64,000 nt of DNA, taken from NCBI GenBank assembly GCA_964016885.1, contig OZ024748.1:57474001-57538000 (forward strand), written 5' to 3'. A program made the position numbers and the translations under genes. Each line of letters opens with the position of its first letter. The stretch's first letter is position 1. The notes beneath the pieces were generated by a model. The model was given only the letters and a program-made list of their open reading frames with translations. It had not been told where the DNA came from and made no database searches. This stretch comes from Eledone cirrhosa (lineage: Eukaryota). Positions 1 through 11,866 of the stretch are shown piece after piece.

Positions 1-164
1 AAAAGATATATATTTACACACACACGTTCATACACACACACACACACACGTGTTTGTGTGTGAAAGAGTGAAGAATAACATGGTCGGCTGTGTATATATA
101 TATATGTATATATATACTTATATATACATAAATATATATACACAAGCTATTGCTAGTACTCATG

Positions 165-295
165 TTCAACTGATTATACTGGAGCAACGTTAAACGAAGT
201 ATTTTGCTCAAGAACACACCACGCAATCCAGGAATCGAACCCACGACATTATGAACATAAATCCAACACCTTTACCATTAGTCCACGTGCCTTCA
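165..295 (-). mobile_element. tRNA-headed CORE-like SINE, partial
   Basis: Minus strand has A-box/B-box-like head (GGTTCGATTCC) followed by GTGTTCTTGAGCAAAATACTT...TTGCTCCAGT, homologous to the copy at 1895-2050. Confidence 0.7.
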
Positions 296-305
296 CACAC
301 ACTCG

Positions 306-306
<1 letters not shown>

Positions 307-339
<33 letters not shown>

Positions 340-412
340 TGTATGTATGTATGTATGTATGTATGTATGTATGTATGTATGTATGTATGTATGTATGTAT
401 GTATGTATGTAT
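307..412. repeat. (ATGT)n microsatellite
   Basis: Perfect tetranucleotide run. Confidence 0.98.
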
Positions 413-417
413 GCCAG

Positions 418-670
418 TACAACCTGCCTCATGGTCGGGTCGTTGGCGACTAAACTGGCAACCCCACCAAGGTTTCTTGGTGAGGAGGGTGACTTTGGAC
501 ATCCTGCAGGACTAAAAACAAAACCTGTCAAAGGCCAAAGGAGCTCTTAAGAGTCAATGGCCATCCAAAATCACCGGGAGAGATGACCCCTTAGCTTTTG
601 TCAAGGCAGAATTCTAGGAGAAGGAAAACTCTGATATAACACCTGCAACCCTGATGGTATCCAATGATGT
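418..670 (+). mobile_element. Dispersed repeat, probably RTE-LINE 5'UTR-derived
   Basis: Homologous to 38695-38970 (ATGGTCGG.TCGT.GGCGACTAAAC.GGCAACCCCACCAAG ... TCTAGGA...GAAACTCTGA); RTE assignment is from recalled motif similarity only. Confidence 0.55.
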
Positions 671-1030
671 TGACTTGTTCTTCTTTTTGGTAAATATCAT
701 CTTGGTTAAGAGAGTGGGACTGGCTTTGTGCAGTGCCTTTGCTCACTATAAAAGCTCCACGGCACAGGCATTGCTTTATATCTGGAGATCTCTCTACACT
801 TGTCGTCACATGGTACCATGGGCCCTGCACTATGTGTCAATAATTGTCACAAGTGTAGTGTTTGTACCAGAGTTTTCAAGTCGCTGGCTGGACTAAAACG
901 TCACACTTGTTCAGCGTATCGGTAGGGGTTCTTCTACATGGATATAAAGTAGTGGCCGTACTCTAAAACGAGTTGGCAGCCACCACCATGTATATATATA
1001 AAATAGCCGTCGAAATGGCTTGAGCTCTGC

Positions 1031-1068
<38 letters not shown>

Positions 1069-1086
1069 AGTATTTGTGTGTTTGTT

Positions 1087-1141
<55 letters not shown>

Positions 1142-1377
1142 GTACAAATGCATAAATATATATACATTCATCATTTTTTGTAAGTTATATAAGGTATTCA
1201 AGAGTCTCGGGTATATCACGAAAGAGAAATATACAACCTTTGTCTCATGGAACAGTCAATGACTCCTCTTGAATTTACAAATTTACAGATGGACGTTTGA
1301 GGCACGATTTCTTCAATTATTTTCAGGAGATAGCATAAAGACGTATCAACATTTTCCTTATCTTATGTCAAGCATCT

Positions 1378-1535
1378 ATCTAGGGCGGGTAAAATTCTCG
1401 AGATCCATGGACGAGTTCTCTCCAGCGGTCTGTGTCCCTCATTATCGCTGCCATGTGCGGCGTCTCCAAGAGACCAGTGTCTGTCCTTAGGACATCAACA
1501 TATGTTAACCCGGGTCTTCCTCTTCCAGTGTGTCG
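1378..1535 (-). mobile_element. RTE-type LINE 3' terminal fragment
   Basis: Minus strand translates to HTGRGRPGLTYVDVLRTDTGL...MAAIMRDTDRWRELV, matching the GRP-TY-D...DR..WR C-terminal signature of RTE/RTE-X ORFs. Confidence 0.7.
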
Positions 1536-1792
1536 ATGAGTATGAGTGTCAAGCATTCCAAAACTAAATATACCGAGAAGAGCGTATTGTATTATATCTA
1601 ATGATATTTAGTATACAATCTTACAGTTTCTAAAGGTATCAGTGTGTGCTAAGTTGAAATTTGTGGTTTTGTTACGTTGTTACAAAACACAAAATAAATT
1701 CTCGCATTATTAGTGCTCAGTTCTAGAAACAAATCTGTCTCATTTTGGGCTGAGTATAATGAACAAACGTGAAACAGTGTTTTACTCTACAA

Positions 1793-2154
1793 CAGGGTTT
1801 CCCAAACCTTTTCAAACGCCGAACCCGATTTGGTTCAGAAAATGTTTGGTAACCCCAAAGTCTAATAGTTATATGGTCGTAATATAAATAAAGTGAAGGC
1901 GCATGACTTAGTGGTTAGAGCATTGGGCTTGCAATCGAAAGGTTGTGAGTTCAATTCTCGGACCGGGTATTGTTGTTTCCTTGAACAAGACACTTTATTT
2001 CACGTTGCTCCAGTTTACTCAGCTGTAGAAATGAGATGATAGGACTGGGGTCCCTATCATTAAATCACCCAAGCCACCTCCAATATACTCCTCTTCCTTT
2101 TATTTTCGCGGGACCACAGACACTCCTTTGCGGAAACCACTTTGGGAACCACTG
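1793..2154. mobile_element. hAT (Charlie-like) MITE
   Basis: TIRs CAGGGTTTCCCAAA / TTTGGGAACCACTG; 8-bp TSD CTCTACAA / CTCTAGAA (NTCTAGAN type). Confidence 0.8.
1895..2050 (+). mobile_element. tRNA-headed CORE-like SINE nested in the hAT MITE
   Basis: TAGTGGTTAGAG A-box, GAGTTCAATTC B-box, then TCCTTGAACAAGACACTTTATTTCACGTTGCTCCAGTTTACTCAGCTG. Confidence 0.8.
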
Positions 2155-2419
2155 CTCTAGAACATAATACACACCCTGGTTCAGAAATCGAACTGGTGAC
2201 ATTATGATCGTATGTTCAACACCTAACCATTAGGCTACATACGTGTATACGTGAGTGTATTTGTGTGTATGTTGGGTATGACTTTATAATAGATAGATAG
2301 AAAACCCAGATTAGAAGAGAGAGTCAGTTTTACACTTTCCTATTTAAAAAAAACAAACAAATTAAATAACTAACGTGATTTAACTGATCTCTATTATCGT
2401 TGTATGTATGTATATGTAA

Positions 2420-2461
<42 letters not shown>

Positions 2462-2537
2462 ATAAGTATATATATATATACATATATATATACACATATA
2501 CACACACACATATATATATATACACATATACACAAAC

Positions 2538-2582
<45 letters not shown>

Positions 2583-2586
2583 GATA

Positions 2587-4732
2587 CTAGCAGAAGTCCC
2601 CGGCGTTGCTCGGAGTTTAATTGCTTTAAAGTACTTTTAATGATTCCACTCAATTATGATTATTGAGGCATTGAAAGTAAATAGGTGTAAGTTTGAAAAT
2701 ATACAACAATAGTATCTACTCACCATATGTCAGACCGGCAAGACTGTAGTAGTGCTGAATAGAGGAGTTACAACACCTCTCTGTAGACCATATCTTTTGT
2801 TCTGCCTTTGGGCGCAAGTATGAATAAGTTCTGCTTGCATCCCACTCTTGAGCATGCGACGTATAATTAGCCGTGTGAGAAGCACGGCTGGGCTAAACGG
2901 AGGGCTGCCGTTGATAGCGTTTGGCCTTGGGACTTGTTGATTGATATCGCGAAGCAAAGTTTAACGGGGAATTGAAGTCAGCACAGAGTACAGGGGCATT
3001 CCGTACCTGATTGAGTTAATGGTATTCTGGGTATGAAGACGTTTTCTCCAGCGTCGCAGCCCGTGAGAATTGTGGCTTCAATTACATGCGGCAGGAGGTT
3101 TCTTACCACTAACCGTGCTCCGTTGCAGAGATGTGGTGGTTCCAGGTTCCTCAACAGCATCACTGGAGTCCCAACTTTGACGCGCCGTTCATGAGGTGGC
3201 AGTCCAGAGAGGTCCAAGGAATTGAGGAATTCTGTGGGAAAATCGTCAACCTAATTTTTGTCCACAACTTTGTCTACAGATTTGTAGGTACGGAGGTTTC
3301 CAGGAGTGCGTTGCAGAAAGTCCTCATTGATTTTTGCAACGGAGACATTTTGGGGAGCCAATATAGCTCTATCGCACAGCCAACTCGTGTTTTTGTAGTT
3401 GATGGCCATATCGGGAAAGACAGAAGCTGTGAGGTCGATCAGCCAAATGAGTAGGTGAGCGTGTGGCAGGCCTCTCTTTTGCCATTCAACGGTCTATACG
3501 TAGCACCTAACAGGTCGAAATGCCTTACCTGATTTTGGGAGCAAGAACGGGGGAGTAGCGCAAAATTTCAATTGAACAGTGAGTAAGTGGAAAGTGAGTA
3601 CTAAGTAAGTTGTATGAAGAATTCACGTCAAATAATAGGTCAAACCTGTAAGCCAAGCCCGTCTGAGTTATATTACAAAAGAGCGTAAACAGGGTCGATA
3701 TTTTGGAGCACACTGGAAAATAAATCATCGAAATCGGAAGTTTCTGAAAAAAGTTTTCTCATTAGTCTTTTGTCTCATATTGTGAAAAACAAAGAAAACA
3801 AATTACAAAAGGGACAACAATAAAATATAATGTCTTTGTTGAGATTCAAGTAAATGAATGTTTAAGCGTCGTTATGATTACGTTTGTTGTTTTATAAATT
3901 CATCTGTTGCTTTTGAATATTTGTTATTTGATGTAGAATGTAAGTGTGTAAAATGTAACGTTGAGAGCGGAGTATGTATTTAGTGTTATCGGCTTTTTAA
4001 GTTTTGTTATTTGATGTATGAGCGTCGTTATGACTATGTTTGTTGTTGTATAAATTGAGGTGTTGCTTAGGTATCAAAGTTTATTTCGCGTTCTTGAACG
4101 AAGAGGGGGAATCATCTATTATATACACAGGGAAGAGCGACGGAGAGTGAAGCTAAGAAACTATAAGGAGGTGTGTTAAACCTCGAAGCATGAGAGTAAA
4201 GCAGTTAAATTATAGAGAGGGGGGAAGAATCTATTTTAGAGAGAGGGAAGAGCGACAGAGAGCGTAAAGCTATGTTTGTTGTTGTATAAATTGATGTGTT
4301 GCTTAGTTTTCGAAGTTTGTGTCGCGTTCCTTGAAAATAAGTTTTGTCGCTGTTGTAAACTGTAATGGTGTAGGATAGTAGACGGAAGCAGTAACTTTTT
4401 AAAGAGAGTTGCAGAGGAGATTGAGACTGGAGTAGAGGGAGGAATGAACCTTTTAAAGAGAGTTGCAACATGTATGTAGTTTCATAGATTGTTGATGGTA
4501 GTAGACAGAGTGAATAAGCGTGTAAGAGAGGGTTACAGTATGTATTTAGTTTTATCGATTTTTCATCATAGAAGCAGGAAATGTATGGCAAATGTTATTA
4601 CGCGTTGACCATCCTCGGTAAATTTGGAGCACATTGGAAAAATAATCATCAAAATCGGTAAAGAATTGTGGAAATGCATAACAATCATACACGCACACAG
4701 ACATCTTCCGTTTTATATATATAGAGAAGAGA
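2587..4732 (-). mobile_element. Non-autonomous Helitron with both termini
   Basis: Minus strand begins A|TCTCTTCTCTATATATATAAAACGGAAGATGTCTGTGTG and ends with hairpin CCGAGCAACGCCGG then CTAG|T; internal PIF1 helicase remnant. Confidence 0.85.
2780..3450 (-). pseudogene. Helitron PIF1-family helicase C-terminal fragment (stops/frameshifts)
   Basis: WLCDRAILAPQN...FPTEFLNSLDLSGLPPH...KVGTPVMLLRNL...LCNG...VFIPRI...QFPVKLCFAISINKSQGQTL...PCFSHG*LYVACSRV. Confidence 0.93.
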
Positions 4733-5099
4733 TATACAAACACACACACATAAGTATATATATACAGTGTATATATATATATATATGTATATATATACAT
4801 ATATATATAGACACACAGATACATATATATCTATACATATGTATACACACATATACACCCACATGAATGTAGGTGTTAAAGCAAGACGATGATATAAAAC
4901 ATTGCATTTATTATAGAAATCATGATTGATTTTATTACTTTATTATATATTATATATATGTGTGTGTGTGTAGGTGTATGTATGTATATATAATGTATAT
5001 TACAACACGTATTCCAGCCGGCAGGCTTGGCCATGCTAGGGCACCAATATGTATATACGTGTGTTTGTGTATGAATATATGTTTGTATGTATATGTGTT

Positions 5100-5132
<33 letters not shown>

Positions 5133-5559
5133 CTTATTACGTCTTTTATTATATGTAATAAAGTTTTTGTAAATTATGTTGAAAGAACGCAGAAAAAAAG
5201 GTATTCATGATCTGTTCGTTTATATTATTTAATAGTCACTTAGTTATTTTCGTGTTCTTCTATACTGAATATTTTCCCTATATAATAGTTACTTTCAAAG
5301 CTGCGTATCTCTTGATTTCATTTCATATGGAATTACTTTTATTTACATCTTTCTATTAAATTGACTTCGTAAAATGATTTTATATATTACCACAAGGTGT
5401 GTAGCAATATGATTTGATAAAAATATTTCCTATATTGTCTTTGGTTTCTGAGAATGATATATGTGTGTGATAGGTTAAAGAGTAGAAATAGTTGATAACC
5501 TACTAATAGGGTTGGACGTAACAAGATGGTCGCTGGTTTCTAACATTCAGAAGACTATT

Positions 5560-5666
5560 AATAATTGTTTCTACTTTTGGCACAAGGCCAGCAATTATCC
5601 CAGTGCATTACTGGTACTTTATTTTATCGACCCCGTAAGGATGAAAGGCAAAGTTAACCTCGGCGG
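5560..5666 (-). mobile_element. Meta-domain-like SINE, 3' part
   Basis: Reverse complement of GAGGTTAACTTTGCCTTTCATCCTTACGGGGTCGATAAAATAAAGTACCAG plus tail. Confidence 0.85.
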
Positions 5667-6472
5667 GCAGTAATAATGGTTTCTAATCAGACACAATGCT
5701 AATAGTCTTAAGTGAGCGGAGTGAAGTCAATTATATCGGTCCCAATATTTGACTACTACTTAGTTGATTGTCACATGAAAAAGATAGCCGATTCACGGAT
5801 ATGGGGGTGGGACTCACCGATTGCAGGGTTAACCTCCAGATGATGCTGGTATTTATTTACCTAATCGAGGTACCGTGATACCGTTCATCAACACGTCTTC
5901 TGATAGAATTGTATATAAAACATTACATCAGGTGTCCTTTATTTCGTTGCTTTTTTCCTCTGTATCACGCTGGAAGGATAAAGTCTTTGCTGTGTTGAGA
6001 GGTATGAAAGTAGTGTGAAAAATGTACTCTAAAAAGAGATAATAATGAGAATTGAATAGTTATGAGATTGTCAAATTTCTATTTACATAGTTCCAAAAAT
6101 TCTTGCATTCAATATAGCTTCCTACCTTTCATCATTCTTGAAACAGTCCTTGATTTACTAAAGTTTGCGAGAAAAGAGACCCGAATTCCTGAAATATGTG
6201 CGTGGGTGAAGGAGAATAACTGAAGAGATTGAGTGGACGTAAAAAGATTAAGATTAATCGAAAGAGATGAAATGAAATCTGCGAAGGGAATGGATCAAAG
6301 TTTGAGAAAAAAATAATAAAAATATTGTAAAGAGGCCTTATATATATAAATATATATGAATATATATAAATATATATGAATATATATATATATATATATA
6401 ATATATATATATATATAATATATATATATATAATATATATATATATAATATATATATATACATATACATAGA

Positions 6473-6660
6473 GATTATCCCAGTGTATTACTGGTACTTT
6501 ATTTTATTGACCCCCGTTAGGATGAAAGGCAAAGTTAACCTCGACGGGATTTGAACTCAGAATGGCAAGGGCCGTAACTCTATGCGTCAAAGCATGGCGT
6601 CCGACCTATGCGTCAAAGCATGGCGTCCGACCCTCTACCGATACTGCCAATTCACCGCCC
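6473..6660 (-). mobile_element. Meta-domain-like SINE with internal ~28-bp tandem duplication
   Basis: Head and core match other copies; CTATGCGTCAAAGCATGGCGTCCGAC occurs twice. Confidence 0.88.
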
Positions 6661-6662
6661 TA

Positions 6663-6693
<31 letters not shown>

Positions 6694-6838
6694 GGGTTAA
6701 AATACTGGAGTGTGTTGGAGTTAAACACCCTCTTCGTATTATAGAAATGACAGTAAAAGGTATAGCTCAATGGAGTTAAACAGAGCCGAAAAATTAAGAG
6801 AGTAAAACAAAAAAGCCTTCAATACAACAAAAGTCTTT

Positions 6839-6883
6839 ATTAGCCGACAATGTTTCGTCCTATTAAGGACTCATCAGGGCAAT
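6839..6883 (-). ncRNA. Minimal type I hammerhead ribozyme
   Basis: ATTGCC CTGATGA GTCC ttaata GGAC GAAAC att GTC GGCTAAT. Confidence 0.88.
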
Positions 6884-6993
6884 TAAAACAACAAGAAGTA
6901 ATATCGGCAGATACAAGCCGGAAACTCCGAAGCTTCCGGAAGCTCTTCGGAGCTTCCGGCTTGCATCTGCCGATATTACTTCTTGTTGTTTTA

Positions 6994-7038
6994 ATTGTCC
7001 TGATGAGTCCTTAATAGGACGAAACATTGTCGGCTAAT
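6994..7038 (+). ncRNA. Minimal type I hammerhead ribozyme
   Basis: ATTGTC CTGATGA GTCC ttaata GGAC GAAAC att GTC GGCTAAT. Confidence 0.88.
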
Positions 7039-7102
7039 AAAGACTTTTGATGTATTGAAGGCTTTTTTGTTTTACTCTCTTAAATATATATATATATATA
7101 TT

Positions 7103-7289
7103 TTATATATAATGAAGGAACCAGATGGACCATAACGCACCAAAGTACACAATACTTAGGGTAGCAGAGTGGGTAATAGGAACGAGTAGGACCCCGACGT
7201 CTGAGCTCAAGCCGTTTCGACGGATAATTCTGTAGTCCAGAATTAGCCGTCGAAACGGCTTGCGCTCAGTCGTCGGGGTCCTACTCGTT

Positions 7290-7292
<3 letters not shown>
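7103..7292. mobile_element. Short fold-back element in (TA)n (family also at 13015, 58228 and a fragment near 1000)
   Basis: ~115-bp hairpin 7177-7292 containing GTCGAAACGGC; one arm extends into ATTACCCACTCT...CTAAGTATTG...ATGGTCCA.CTGG, shared with the other copies. Confidence 0.8.
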
Positions 7293-7344
<52 letters not shown>

Positions 7345-7614
7345 GTGCGTGCCTGCAACTCATGCAGTGCATGCGTTATAGAATCTTCAGTTGATCAATT
7401 GCGTCGGTTGAAGCAAGTAGTATTTTGGCTGCTTACTAAATCGTAGACACATAAACAGATTTCACACACAAGATAACACTACATGCGGCTTTGACCGGGA
7501 GGGTCATTTAGAGGGAATTGCGGGGAGGGGGTGGTAAGGCTGCACAGCCCCACTTTCTGCCATGGCGATTGGACTGCATGCCCTGCTTTCCAGGTTCCCT
7601 TTCGCCACTGAAAT

Positions 7615-7670
<56 letters not shown>

Positions 7671-7769
7671 GGAGGTGAGTTTTATTGTAGTACAATAAAG
7701 CAATGCAGATATCGGATAAGAAGCACTCTACAGTTTGTAGGACTGGAGTATACATAATATAAGATCAAT

Positions 7770-8789
7770 AACGCCAATTACTATAATAACGCACTTTCTA
7801 AAGCCGGCTATCCAGATAAAATCAAATATAGTAAAGAAACAAATTCTAGAAAAACTTACAGTAGAATAATTAATCATGATCATTCCAATAATTTTAATAA
7901 AAGACCTAGATACAAAAACATAATCTGGTATAATGCTCCTTTCTCCATCTCTATTAATAACAATATTCCTAAATTATTTTTTAGTGCCTTAAATAAATGC
8001 TTCCCTCCCTCACATATCTATAGTAAAATATTTAACAAACACACCATCAAATTTTCTTATTCTACATCCTCCAATATTTCCAACATCATCTCTAAACACA
8101 ACAATAAAATACTAAATACTAAATCTCTTCCTTCCAACATTGAATTTCATAATAATAGTAATAGTACTCCCGACGTCATTGTAAACCCTAGGCTAACTTC
8201 TGTAAACCCAAATACAACGTCAAACACAACTTCGCTAAATGTTCATAATCTAACTCTAAATCAAGAAACTATTATTCCTATTATTCCTATCGCAAACAAC
8301 TTCTCCAATCCAATTCCTTCTATAGATAACACTAGGTCACTCATTAATAATCTCTCTAATTGCAACTGCCATATTAAAAATAAATGTCCTCTCAACAACC
8401 ATTGTCTTGATAAAAACTTAATTTATGAATGTAAAGTTATAACTAGCACCAATTCCTTCACCTATTTTGGCTCCACTTCCACCTCTTTTAAAGCTCGTCT
8501 CTATAATCACCATTCATCTTTTAAATACAAACTTAAAAGAACCAACACGGCTCTCTCAGAACTCATATGGTCCTTGAAAGACAAAAACATTAAATATACC
8601 ATCTTTTGGAAGAAGGTTTCTTCTGCATCCTCATACTTGAACAGCTCTCTATCTAAAATCTGTAATCTCTGCCTAAATGAAAAATTTACCATTATCTCTA
8701 ATCTAGATTCTATAATAAATAGACGTACAGATTTGTTTTCTATCTGCCTGCATAAATTCCATAGGACTTTTCACAAAGTATACAGCTAA
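7770..8789 (+). CDS. PLE RT-thumb/linker and GIY-YIG endonuclease (open frame with no ATG, 5' truncated)
   Basis: KNIIWYNAPFS...KIFNKHTIKFSYS...CNC....CPLNNHCLDKNLIYECKV...TYFGSTSTSFKARLYNH...ALSELIWSLKD...CNLCLNEK...NRRTDLFSICLH; the ORF track shows only the last 71 aa. Confidence 0.9.
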   Translation, partial: NANYYNNALSKAGYPDKIKYSKETNSRKTYSRIINHDHSNNFNKRPRYKNIIWYNAPFSISINNNIPKLFFSALNKCFPPSHIYSKIFNKHTIKFSYSTSSNISNIISKHNNKILNTKSLPSNIEFHNNSNSTPDVIVNPRLTSVNPNTTSNTTSLNVHNLTLNQETIIPIIPIANNFSNPIPSIDNTRSLINNLSNCNCHIKNKCPLNNHCLDKNLIYECKVITSTNSFTYFGSTSTSFKARLYNHHSSFKYKLKRTNTALSELIWSLKDKNIKYTIFWKKVSSASSYLNSSLSKICNLCLNEKFTIISNLDSIINRRTDLFSICLHKFHRTFHKVYS

Positions 8790-9742
8790 TATTCAATTCT
8801 TTATCAATTTAGAATCTTTTCTCAAAGGCACATATACATACACCTCTTTAAAATATACCCATCTTCCTACCTTACTTCAAAGGGCATTATACACTCTATA
8901 ATACTTGTTTACTCATTACCTTCATTCTATCTTCACCTTGTAAAATCCTTCATAACATATACATTTGTTTTTTTGACGTTAGAATATTCATCCGCAATTA
9001 TTATTATTTTTTCTCTCTATCATAAAACTTTTTAATCTCAATTTCATCCTTAATTTATTATTTTTTCTCCCCATCAACGAACTCATTCTTAATACATATT
9101 AACTCTTTCTTCGCACATATTATCAACTCCTTCAATATACAAACCTTAACTTCACATTATTTTTCTCAAATCATCTAATACACAAACCTTAATAATTTTT
9201 TAATACATATTAACTCTTTCTTCGCACATATTATCAATTCCTTCAATATACAAACTTTAACTTCACATTATTTTTCTCAAATCCTTCTACACACAAACCT
9301 TAATAATTTTTTCTCTTCGTTAATTTTGAAATTGCCACAATACTTATCAACATACACCTTTTTGACGTTAGAATATTCATCCGCAATTATTATTTTTTCT
9401 CTCTATCTTCATACATAAACTCCCTATCTTTCCTCGTACATACTTTTCCCTTCGTTAATTTTCAAATTCTTTTAATTTATACATTATCTTCCAACGGTTC
9501 TCAACCTCTCTATGTAAAACAATATATCTTCTCTCAGTTATAAAAACTATCTCTTTCTCTCTATCACCCATCTCTCCCTCTCCACCTTCACTCTCATCTC
9601 ATCCCCTTTTTCATCCTTTCCACCCCCCTCTCTAAATAAAATATTTTTCCCAATATCACACATCAATCTAAAACCACTTTTCATATGTTGATTTAAAACT
9701 GCACTATCCACAAGTGTTTTTAGCCTTCATATCATGTTCTCC

Positions 9743-9813
9743 TGTTTTATCTGATGAAAACACAAATATTATTGCATGATGATGTTTGTTTTTGAAATGC
9801 GCATAATAAAATA
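9743..9813 (+). ncRNA. Type I hammerhead ribozyme in PLE 3' region
   Basis: TGTTTTAT CTGATGA [AAACACAAATATTA...TGATGTTTGTTTTT] GAAA TGCGCA TA ATAAAATA; palindromic stem III. Confidence 0.85.
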
Positions 9814-10047
9814 CATGGAACTCCTTTAACCATCTTTTGATCTTATATTATATATATATATATGTACATATATACACACTTACCATATACACTGGTATCT
9901 ACCTGTCTATGGTAGTGTCAATAACGCTGTTGGAACTTCATATAGTACGAAATTAATTATCCTAACAAGTTCAGTTGATGAGAGGTCTTGTTTCTGTAGT
10001 AGGTTTTCATCATATTAGACTGAGCATTTAAACGAACTACAGAGTCT

Positions 10048-10092
<45 letters not shown>

Positions 10093-10285
10093 CGATGAAA
10101 GACGGTAGGATGCATCTAGAGTGTCGAGACTAATAATATGGAGTTACATAACTAATATCGATTGGTTACTATATCGATTATTCATGATCAATGTACCATT
10201 TGAAATTATCAGAAAACAATGAACTCATTAAGCGGTTAACTTCGCCTTTTGTTCACATTGTTCAACTCACACAAATACACATACA

Positions 10286-10340
<55 letters not shown>

Positions 10341-11532
10341 CGCACACACCTATATGCATACGTATGATGTATATATATATATATATAATCATACGCACAC
10401 ACTTATATACATACGTATGCATATGTGATTTTATATGTATGTATATAGTACGTGAGTGTGATACTATTGTTCAAATCGACCATCAAAAAATTATGACAGA
10501 CGAGTGTTCTGCTCTGGCATCAAAATGGCGACTGTTTTAAACAAGGTTCTTTAGATTCAATTATATTTACCATTTCTTAGAAAAAAAACTCTTTATAGTA
10601 ATAGAATATTTATAGGATTTTGATGTATCACTTTTTCCCCTCGCCTAGGAAGATATCTGTAAATGTTTCTCCTATTATAGAGAAAATCTAATTTATTGAA
10701 AATATCCAACTTATTCTGAGAATAACCAATGCAACAATGTTTATTTATTTAGTCAGTTTTTTTTAAATAAGAGCAATGAATTCAGTAAGGAATACAATTC
10801 TGAAATAGTTATAGCCTTTTAAAATGATATTCTACCTATATAATATCAGGTTTCATTTTGTTGGAATATTTATTACCTGCAAACAATAATTGAAACAGAC
10901 CCAGGTATATCAGGTATGTTATTATAGTGAGGTCCTCAACACAGAGCAGCTGTAGCATAGTGATGCTATCCAGCAAGACACTGCGTGGAACGCGCCCCGG
11001 GGCGGCTATAGGCCGCGCCCGCCGAGGCTGCACTGCAAGACTTGTACGATTTGAAAGGATAAAAGTAATGTTGATTTGCTTTTGTTCACTCAGGGTTATT
11101 GTCAATGTCCTGATCAGTGATCAGTTTCTATGACCCACCACGAAGAGGTCGACAAACCTGTGCCCTATATTATTACACCTAATGTCATGTTGTTATATTA
11201 CATTGGTTATCTCAGGGCTGAATGATACATACCTTTTCTATAATGGCTTATCTCAGGGCTAGAGTGAAAATCCTGTATATACAATTGAAATCTATATGTT
11301 GGCTGATATATAATCCTTTGATACCACTCCCAGTAATGCGATCAAAATCTATTTCTTTTAAAGTCTTTATCGTTGTCTAAAACCTTCTTACAGAAGATTG
11401 AAACCAAACTGTAAATGTTTAACATTTTTGGCCGTCATTTTACTGATTCTGCCAATTCACTGGCCTGTTTGTATGTGATAGGGGCTTATCGTGGTTCTTT
11501 GTGTAATTGTACATGTAACAAATGGGTATCCA

Positions 11533-11722
11533 TGCGGTGGATTGGCAGTATCGGTAGAGGGTCGGACGCTATGCTTTGCAGCACAGAGTTACGCCCCTTT
11601 CTAATCTTAGTTCAAATCCCGCCAAGGTTAACTTTGCCTTTCATCCCTACGGAGTCGATAAAATAAAGTACCAGTAATGCACTGCGATAATTGCTGGCTT
11701 TGTGTCAAACGTAGAAACAATT
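11533..11722 (+). mobile_element. Meta-domain-like tRNA SINE, full length
   Basis: GCGGTGGATTGGCAGTATCGGTAGAG head, GTTCAAATCC B-box, GCCTTTCATCC...GTCGATAAAATAAAGTACCAG core. Confidence 0.9.
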
Positions 11723-11866
11723 ATTTTATGCTGCTTACATACATGCACAGATAGATAGATATATGCATACATATATATATTTGTACATACACATTTATGT
11801 ACATCCATATATACTCACATTCAGACATACACACACGTATATAATATATATATATATATATATATA

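Larger units (their letters stand above)
6690..7084. mobile_element. Fold-back PLE-type terminal repeat in (TA)n with two hammerheads
   Basis: Near-perfect inverted arms ~6793-6935 / ~6944-7084; flanked by (TA)n. Confidence 0.85.
7666..9850 (+). mobile_element. 5'-truncated Penelope-like element (Neptune-type) with inverted terminal segment
   Basis: GIY-YIG frame, long 3'UTR and hammerhead; 7756-7769 TAATATAAGATCAA is the reverse complement of the 3' end 9837-9850; both ends in (TA)n. Confidence 0.88.

Noticed and set aside
7340-7400. CTGAAGA plus hairpin on minus strand
   Set aside because: No GAAA or stem III follows; incomplete at best
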